Assembly (NCBI GenBank): GCA_905331295.1
Contig: CAJNYD010000209.1
Location: 58,587-78,586 of the forward strand
Direction of reading: 5' to 3'
DNA from: Rotaria socialis
Taxonomy: Eukaryota
DNA length: 20,000 nt
Shown here: in pieces, positions 10,927-20,000 of the stretch
Layout: each line of letters opens with the position of its first letter
How positions within the stretch are numbered: position 1 is the first letter of the stretch
Program-made: the position numbers and the translations under genes
The notes under the pieces: model-generated
Database searches by the model: none
The model's input: the letters and a program-made list of their open reading frames with translations, nothing else
Told to the model about the DNA's origin: nothing

Positions 10927-11817
10927 TTTTTAAATAAATAATGAAAAGAAATGGAGACTTTATGTCAACTCTAATATAACTCAAAAGCAATAGATATGTG
11001 GCAGGCGAGTTTGAAATTCAGTTGACTTTGGAATAATCTTTCTTTTTTTAATTTTTTTGATAGAATTTTCTTCGACATACAACTTTAGAAATTTTGGTAT
11101 CAATAATTATCTTTTGGATTTTTTTACAATGAGTTTTTTTTATCAATCACCAGTTTCGGTTCACGGGCGTATCGGAGCATTAAAAAATTTCGTTAAACTA
11201 ATAATAACCTTTTCTGAATGAATATAATTGATTTTTCCATTTTCTGATGAATGAAAATACTAAATCATCCATTGAATTTATCTGAGAAAAAATAATTTTT
11301 GTATTTTTCTCTGTATTACAAATTCACTCTCTCCATTTTCTAAACTATTGGGACATGGGTACATTGAACTTGTCTGAATTTTTTTCTGCTATTATCATAT
11401 TAAAGTGCGAGAGGATCTTCCTATCAATGAAACAACGAATATTTGGAGTGATTTGTTAAAATTATATCAAAATGATAATAAGTTTTAAAAAATATGTTAA
11501 AATTAAACAAAATCAATACCATCTGTTAGGTTTGTATTGCTAATTATATAAAAAAGGAAGGTTATCATTTTTTCAATTATCATAAATAGGTAAATTATGT
11601 TATAATCTATCTAAACTTTGATCTTACACGAGCAGAAAAACAAAAACGATAAAATTGTTTTTTTTCAATAAACTTGTTTTTGTCCGCTTTCCAATCTCAA
11701 CTGAAATTTTTGTGTCAATTGTCAGAGAGATATCGATTGACCAATTAGTCTTTTCACGAAATGGATCTTTCAATTATACTCATAAAATTGTTATTATTTA
11801 CTTTTGATTTATGAAAA

Positions 11818-11923
11818 GTGTTGCTCTGGCAGATCGTTGTTTTCAACAATCCGCACGATTTCGTCATCGCAACATGTACTTGATCAGTAAAGATCATTTA
11901 CCTCTTGGTAAGTTGTAATAAGC
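11818..11923 (-). ncRNA. Spliced-leader (SL) RNA gene B
   Basis: Minus strand GCTTATTACAACTTACCAAGAG|GTAAAT (exon 11923-11902). The unit is 106 nt, folds like gene A with compensatory substitutions, and is followed by T4. Confidence 0.93.
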
Positions 11924-11947
11924 AATTTTTCTCGTTGATGTGTGGGG

Positions 11948-11972
11948 CACGACACCCTAGTTGTCTTTACAC
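11948..11972 (-). promoter_or_regulatory. Candidate proximal sequence element of SL RNA gene B
   Basis: GTGTAAAGACAACTAGGGTGTCGTG starts at -49, the same spacing as in gene A. Confidence 0.6.
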
Positions 11973-14900
11973 TTTTCACCAACGAAAGCTGCCCTATGCA
12001 TAGATCAGCAATGGCCTTCGAGGAACCAATGGTTTCGCAGGTTCATCTGATTGTTATAGATGGCGGTAACACCATTGAGCTAATGAATGGAGCGGATGTT
12101 GATAAACATATATGGGGAGAAAATATTTAATATCTTCTAAAGTGGATATGTGATTTTGATATTGATAATACCATGAAAGATTAAAGTAATCTGCATTGTC
12201 CGGGTGTGATGAAATAATTCGAAGAAGATTAATGAAAAAACTAAAAGCTAAACTTGATGATAGTATTGAAAATCATCTAATTGATTCAAATCAAGGTTAT
12301 GCGAATGATAGTCTGAACGAATTGGTACGTTTCATAGAGTGCAGTGTCTTCTGTCTTAAATGGCGCCAAATTATCAACCAAAAAATTTCGTCTTTCATCC
12401 ATTTCTAAGAGTAAAAGTATGAATGAGATAATATAAATGATAATTCTGTGATTAGTGATCAAGCTGGAATTTCATTTGGAACTAAATTAATTGAATAAAG
12501 TGAAGCATTATGAATACCAACTAAACGTGCCAATAGAAAATATCCTTCAGTTTTTGTTGTATTTCGGGTGTGTGATGTGGAATTCACATGAATTTTGGGA
12601 AAGTTAAATTTCGTCTTAGGGAACATCTCGTTTTATTCGTAATAGTCAATTATCTTGGAAACAAAAACTAAAGAATTTCTCCATTAGATATTTTTTAATT
12701 TTACTACTGAACTATTAGCTATAATGCGAAGAAATCAGTAAATGGATAGACAATAAAAAAGATGCTTTTTCACAATCACAAAAGATTAGTCGTTTCATGA
12801 TGATTATATGTAGAAACTTCTCGTCGAAAGTTGAAAAGATGAAGTTGGAATCTTTAGATATTTTTAAATATCTTCTATTGAAACTTAGGATAAACCAAGC
12901 ATCATATTTCCTGTTTAGTTAAAAGACACGTATATTTTCAAGCAAGTAATTTTCAATTTGTAGTCATTAGAATAAGAACTTTATTATTCATGTGCAGAAA
13001 TTCACAACATCCAACTAAATTGAAATAAACATACTAATTTCTGCAATAGTTAAATAATCTATTGTGACGGTATAGCTTTCGATTTATCAATTGAGATTTT
13101 CAAGTGAAATCTAATTGTGGAGTAAATTAATCATTTTATACATTTATGTGTTCATGAATAATGTGAATCCGAAAAAGCTAAGTTTAAAATAGTCTTTTTT
13201 TTAAATTTTTATTACATCTATTTCTTTTTTATTTCATTATTTTCTTTTTGTTAAGTTCGATGGGTAATAGGTTCTATTACTCGTATTTATTTCCTTTGAC
13301 TAGTATTAATTGGTAAGAACTGAATATAGTATGAAGATTACATTTAATCAAAGATGTTGAACTACAATACTTGTAACTATTCATTTTTATTTAGTATAAA
13401 GGTTAAGGTCATGAAAGCGATGCAATTCATCCGGATTGTTTTTGTTATAATGACTTTTATTGAAATTAATATCTATCGAAATCTGGACGAAAATATTATT
13501 AAAGAAAGTAATGGCAGTAAGATTTATTTTATTAGGATGTAAATTCAATTTGAATAAATAAATGTGCTGTTGAAGAAGAAAACGTTTTTCAAGTATAGAA
13601 TTTTTGATTTTTCCCATTGGGTTTTTGGATTTGGAAGTCATTAGAGATCATTTTACTGATTGAGATATTTTCTTCGATAATTTCAATAATGAGCATTATT
13701 GAAAAACATGTACTATGTATCACCTATCCTTGCTCTGTTGACTGCTCTACAAATGCCCGGGCAGATTTAGAATCTGCCTGGATTCCAATTTCGCCTACAA
13801 TATATATGTATCCTATCTCTTCTATGTATATAGCAAAAAAAATATGTATATATATTGACCTTTGCTTACATAATGAATTCGATGGAGATGGATTGACGTT
13901 CAATACTTTTCTTTTCGTGATCAACGAAAAGAAATATTTTTTATCGACTTCGTCTGACTCGAGCAAGGAAAGAGAAAAGAATTTTTCTTTCTGTTACATA
14001 TATTGACGAGCAAAACTATCATCATTTGATTATAATATAATACAACACTAATTCAAGACAAAAGTTGAAGGTTAGTTCCAAACGTTTCTTTTTTCTTACA
14101 TTCTATATTGAGGAATCTAAAGAATTATGAATGCATAGAAAAAAAGATTAGATCTATCTGCATTTCAGCAATCTTCATAACAGCAAAAGCATTATTATCC
14201 ATATATCTCTTACTGATAATTGTTCTTGTCTAGCTCTTATGGAAATCGCTTATAATATGATTAAAATATTGAAATTTGTTTGAATGTCTATAAAAAAAAG
14301 AGAAGTCTTTTTTCTTCAAATTGTAAATAACAATATACTCTTCCACATTTGAATGTATTTCAATTTTACAGCATCCTTTTACACTATTGCTTTCAGTAAC
14401 GAGTTTTAAAGTTGGAACCGACAGATTCTTTTCGTATATCGGCCTTTTGTAAGCATTTGTGACATTCACGATTGTAGTTTTTTTTATAACTCGATGTTTT
14501 CAACTTGCAATTTAACAATGTTTTTAATCTACACGCATGAAACAGTAATAAAATTTTTATGAATCTCCAATAATTACAAGAATGGTCTTTAATTGTAGAG
14601 AGAAATTTTTATCATATTCTGTAACATAAGAGGACTAAGGAATTAAGGCTTTTAGTTTTCTACTCTAATGTCAGTTCATTTCGTGCGATGATTTGGCATA
14701 AAATAGAAAACCTTCGAGATATTTGAAATTTCGAAACGTGTTCCTTAAAATATCATTAAATTAAGTTAAATATTCTTCGGTTAATTTTTTTCCGTTGCTA
14801 AGTATCTCAAATTGTTTATTCATTGGCATGTAACAATGTTTTGTAACTTATAAGCATGAAACAAAACAATGCGTAAATAACCAAAATACTTAATACGTTA

Positions 14901-15164
14901 GAAAATACGATGGAATTTTTATATTTTAATAGTGTTGATTCCCAATGAGTTCAACAACATATATCAATAAACTTCTACTTTTAATAGGAAAACTTGCTCT
15001 TTGAATACGTTTACACAATAACTGGTTTGGCTTCGAATCATATCTATGAAGTATTTCAACGTGTGTTTTTTTCAGTTTTTCTAATATTAGTACTTAAATT
15101 GGCGACTAAAAGTGATTGAAAATGAAAAAAAGAAAATCACCAAATAATTTTGTTTTTAGATAAA

Positions 15165-18100
15165 ATGACTTCGCAAACTACAATAGAAACATTATCAAAT
15201 GAAATTCTTCTTTATATATTTTCTCATCTGTCATGGACTGATTTATTAACATCGCTATGGTCCTTAAATATCCGTTTCAATTCTCTTGTTTGCTCAACTC
15301 TTTCAGTAAATAGTAATTCACTGAACACTGGCCTTGTTTTTACATTAGGTTCATCTTATAATAAGTTGTATTCAACATTATTTCCATTGCTACTGAATTC
15401 ATCATGTCTTTCATCTTGTATTCAACGTATTCATTTTGATGAAAGAAATTCAATTGTTCGTGATTGCGTTTATCAATGGTTATTTAATGATAAAGAAATT
15501 ATTTTTCCTAATCTCAAATCACTTATACTTACTCAATGTAGATTAAAGGAACCATTGATTGAAAGTTTAGTTTATCTTATTGAACGTCAACTGAATGAGC
15601 TTATATTAAACTTTGCCGAAGACAATTTCATGGTACCTGATTGTGTGAGACAAGATTCGCCATTGGTTATTGATGAAAGTAATTAATTATTTGTTATATT
15701 ACACACTTTAAAACAAAACAAGTTTTATCGCTGTGTTGTAGAATTTATCTTCAGCATTGTTGAAGAATTGAGAAATGAAACTTCTTAATATACAGAGAAG
15801 ACACAGTAGCTTTGCTATAATTCGAGCAACTACCGAGACTTAGCTATTCGAGATTTATTAATAAGGCCCTAGGCCAATTGCAATAGATTCCAGCGGGTTT
15901 CTTCTTGAATTCATTACGTGACTAAGAATATATATAAATACGTCATTGGTTGATAGAATGATAACTCTAAAAAAACGACCTATGATGAGTGTCAGTGTAT
16001 TATGCTTTTTAAATCTAAGTCATAAAGAAATTTGGTTTTCAATAAACAAAAGAAAAAGAATGGTTTTTAAATTTCTTTTATTTTTGTTTGTCATTTAATA
16101 GAGAAACAAACGAGTATGATGAAGCAACTCTTTGGCCTCCTGTTTTCTGGTCAATGTCAACTAAAATCTCTTCAACTTGATATTAATAACCATTTTTTGA
16201 ACAAAGACATTCATCACTGTTTAACATCACACTATGATCGCTCAATGGATCGTTGTTTTACTCTGCGGCATTTAGACGTTCGAATCGCATGTACATGTCT
16301 TCTTGAAAATCTTATTGAACGTGTACCAAATCTTGAGCGATTGTCCGTTCATTTTCATTCTTCATTAGATTTTGATTCATTATGGGAAACAAATCCTGAC
16401 AGATTGGAACAATCAAATGAAAATTGGTTTAATAAAGTAAGAGAGAAAAAAATCGAGTTTGCTTTTGATAAATTGTCTAAACAAGAATCTTTTTTAATTT
16501 GCAAATACAACAATGGAATTTCTTTTCTAGATACCAAAGCTACGATGTTTTAGTTTGAACATATCGATCCATAACAATAGAGAATTTACTTATTTGAAAT
16601 GGTTATTGAATAATGTGAATTATGTTGAAAAACTAGAAATTCATCTTAAGAACTATGAAAGACAAAAAACAGAATCCAGCAATATATGGAAATCTTTCAT
16701 TGATGCCAATTTTGTCCGTCAATATTGTTTACCTGATAAAATAATTAATTTAGTTGATTTCAATTTTTATATCTGTTCACAATATGAATTATCAACAGAT
16801 GATATTGAAACAACAATAAATTCATTTAATAATCATCCGTTTTTTCTTGATCGTCAGTGGACCAATGTAAAATGTCTATATGATCCAACAATATCATTTC
16901 AACATCTTTTCTCTGAATTTGGAAATTCATCTAAATTCCCTCGTCACCCTTAGTAAAATATTATTCTTTATGGGAGTTTGAAAAATTTCTAAATTCAATA
17001 ATATATATTTGTTTTCAGTAAATATCAAAATATTTTGAAATGGTTACCGACGAGCCTCAGACCGTACCAGTTGTATCCATCGCTTTCTTTTATTCTTCAA
17101 CAATTCCAACAAGTAAATTCTAATGTTACTTCTATGAAAATATACTCAGGTAAATCGCTTTTGATTGCAACCATATTTTCGGTTATTTTCCATTTACTTC
17201 ATAAGAACTTTTTCTCTTGAATTTATAATTAAAAGAATTCATTTTGTGAAGGAAGATTCGAGTGAGAAGTCGAATTATGTACATTTAAATCTATCCTATG
17301 CATAGAAAATAATATTTTCGTTTATTTTAATAGGAGAAGATGACGATTTTGACCAGGCAGATTCGATGATGGCGTTACAAATATTATTTACGATAAAGCA
17401 AAACCAGACAATGAATCTTTCTATTCGAAATGTTACTAAAATTCAATTTGGAACATGTTTAGATCAGATTATTGGTTAGTGTTGATTTCATTTTTGTCTT
17501 TTAAGGTTTCGCATAAAGAAAAACAATAATTATAATTTCAAACATTATGTTGAATAGGACTCCCTTATAGTAATTCTAACGCAATAATTTGTATTATGTA
17601 TTTAAAAGAATTCGTTTTTCTAATGAGAATATGTGACAAAAGATAAGCCCACAATTTTTACAAAGTAAATCTCTGATTTAAAACGTAGTGATTAGAACAA
17701 GTCCATTTCATTGTTTGTAGAAGATTTCTATGAGAATTAATTAATGACGTAAATAACTTTTTCAGCTGGTACAGACACTTCAATACGTCGAAACAAGATA
17801 AGTATACAGGTTCTTGCTCATCTGATCTCAATGACTGTACAACTCAAATATCTTGTCGTTCAACATTTCAAATGGCTTCTATATGCTGCTCAATACGTAA
17901 GCATTTTTTTATTCAAAATTCTCAAATTAAGATTAAACGATTAGGATTCATATTCGGGCATTGCTGAGAATTGTTTATTGTTTTGGCAGTATGTTTCAAT
18001 GCCCTTTAATATTAGAATCGTTTATGTCATTATAAATAAAGGTACATATTCAAGTGTGGAAAACTTTTTCGGTTTGATTTTGTTTCTTTTTACTAAATAT

Positions 18101-19210
18101 GTGAAAAGAACTAGAATTAATCCTGAATTAAAACGTTCAGATTGGTTGCATATCTAAGTTGGAATCAAATAATTTGATATTATAATGTTATAAGACAAAT
18201 CAAAATTCTCTTAAATCACATTGTTGTAATAGGGCATAGAGTATTGAGAGAGACCATGAATCTAACTGGTTTCATTCTGCATCTACTAGTCCCATCCAAG
18301 CTGAAACCGGCACATTCCTATTTGAAACTAGAAGAAATAATTGTAGAATAAAGGAATGCCTTTTTTATCATAATTGCATACAAGATTTATAGAAGATGAA
18401 GAAGCTTCTTTTTTACAACCATATAGTTCAGTCATTTAAGAAATCTGTATGTCTTAGAAAAAACAAAGAATAATCTTTTTTGTGCTTGTTTATGAAACAA
18501 TTTTATGCGAAGACATGAGCTCATAGAAATCATTTCATATCCGTAGTTATGGTATTTAGGTATGAAGCATTTTAAAAGTGTTTCATCGAGAGTTTTATTT
18601 ATTTAGAGCCTTACAAGAAATATTTCTACAGTAGTTTCAATTAAGAATTCAAAAAAAGTAGATTCGTTTTTAATTTTAAAGTAGTACCAATAGTTCTCTA
18701 ATTGATTCGAAGATAAAAGAAAGAACTAACAATATGTTAACGAGTATCACAAATAATAAAGTATGATTTGTTTCTATAATAGATGCATAAACTAGATTTA
18801 GTTACGTAAGACGAATTTGTTATGTGATTTATAGATAAAATATATCTGTCATTTTCATATTCTATTGATAAGACTAAATGAAAAAAAGTTTAACGTTTAA
18901 TCTGCAAGTAAATTTTTGTTATATTCTCTTTTCATCTTATTTTTTTCCAGCAATTTGTTTTGATGAAATCAATTCAAATATTTTATTGTTATTAAATTTT
19001 ATTTTTTCTTTTCTATTTAGGCATCTGAAGAACTAGGAGCAAATACATTAAGTACTGTTCGATATGTTGAGTTTAGTCTTCCAAGTTGCCATAATAGTAG
19101 TCAAAGAGAAATTCTTATGTGTAAACAGCTGGTACCTTTTCTTAAACAATATATGCCTTATTTACAAACATTACACATTTGGCGACCAGATGATTTTCCG
19201 TGGACATCTA
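15165..19210 (+). CDS. Multi-exon F-box-domain protein with LRR-like repeats; 3' end probably beyond the window
   Basis: N-terminus TTIETLSNEILLYIFSHLSWTDLLTSLWSLNIRFNSLV is F-box-like, followed by FPNLKSLIL, VPNLERL and IPKLRCFSL. Seven GT-AG exons join in consistent phase with no stop: 15165-15678, 16102-16436, 16531-16952, 17019-17149, 17334-17474, 17766-17896 and 19021-19210 (1864 nt, about 621 codons). The last ends at donor GTAAGT. Confidence 0.88.
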
Positions 19211-20000
19211 GTAAGTTTACTACAAATAAACAAATCTGATTGTAGTTCGTGTCTTTTTCTAATTTACGAGTCAGACAGATATATTCTGATTTCATTCTCA
19301 GAATTCAATAAGAGCGAAAGAATATATTAAGTTACAAGACTTTCATTATTTTAGAAAATTTCAGAGCTTTTGTTGAAGGATGGAACAAGATAAGACCATG
19401 ATTTTGTCACTGTTGGGATATTAGAGAAGATGAAAATTCCTATTATCAAATATCGATACTGACGAAATGAGTGATGGATTGATTTGCCATAACCGTCGTA
19501 TAATCTTTGTTATAGTTGTTAACCGATTTGATAACCTTGGTAGGTATAGTAAATATGTATCACAAAGTTTTATTTATCAGCTCAACGAGAAATTAGATCA
19601 TCGATTACCAGTTAAAGAAAACTTAATGTGTTCATGATGAAAAGTACATCGTTTTCTTCCTATCGGTAATGTTAGAAGAGAATGATAATTTAGAAAAGTT
19701 TTTCAACCGAATATATATTTAAACAGCTAATGTTGACCAAAACAAAGCATATAAGTCCGATATCTCGGTCATAAAGATCGGCAAACAGTTATGAAATTTT
19801 TCAAGATCTTATAAAATATTCTGAGCAAAAGAGGAGATTGTTACAATTGATGCTAAGCCATTATATGTTAGGTTATTTATCATAAAAATTTCATTCTGTC
19901 TCTTAAAAATAGCAAGAAATTTCAATTTCATATGAGATTAGTTCTTGCAATACGGCCGATGTCGGACGATAGCATACATACACCAATAGATTTTGATACT

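Noticed and set aside
10771..11972. 160-bp inverted repeats read as terminal inverted repeats of a transposon
   Set aside because: No target-site duplication or internal ORF. The arms are fully explained as two SL RNA genes with RNA-type compensatory changes.
13681..13778. Two short palindromes (TTTCAATAATG-AG-CATTATTGAAA and GGCAGATT-TAG-AATCTGCC) and overlapping ORFs 13617-14006 / 13724-13966
   Set aside because: Short, in AT-rich DNA, with no recognisable element boundaries or protein family.
19354..19400. Possible short terminal exon of the F-box gene (KNFRAFVEGWNKIRP*)
   Set aside because: Phase-compatible but unsupported. The true next exon could lie beyond the window.

Overview
AT-rich, intron-containing eukaryotic DNA, most likely from a bdelloid rotifer. 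The assignment rests on two genes carrying the bdelloid spliced-leader sequence GCTTATTACAACTTACCAAGAG, plus bdelloid-style TRAF, F-box and caspase-like genes. The centre of the window holds a small-RNA cluster: a U2 snRNA gene (minus strand, about 10514-10686) head-to-head with an SL RNA gene (plus strand, 10820-10926), and a second convergent SL RNA gene (minus strand, 11818-11923). All three share an upstream motif at -48/-49. The U2 copy lacks the top of stem I and has an extra 3' UUCG hairpin, and the two SL genes encode different leaders. Flanking features are a caspase-like (peptidase C14) gene with one in-frame stop, a decayed IS630/Tc1-type transposase, a TRAF/MATH pseudogene, and an intact multi-exon F-box-type gene that probably runs off the right end. 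Family assignments come from recalled motifs, not from database searches.
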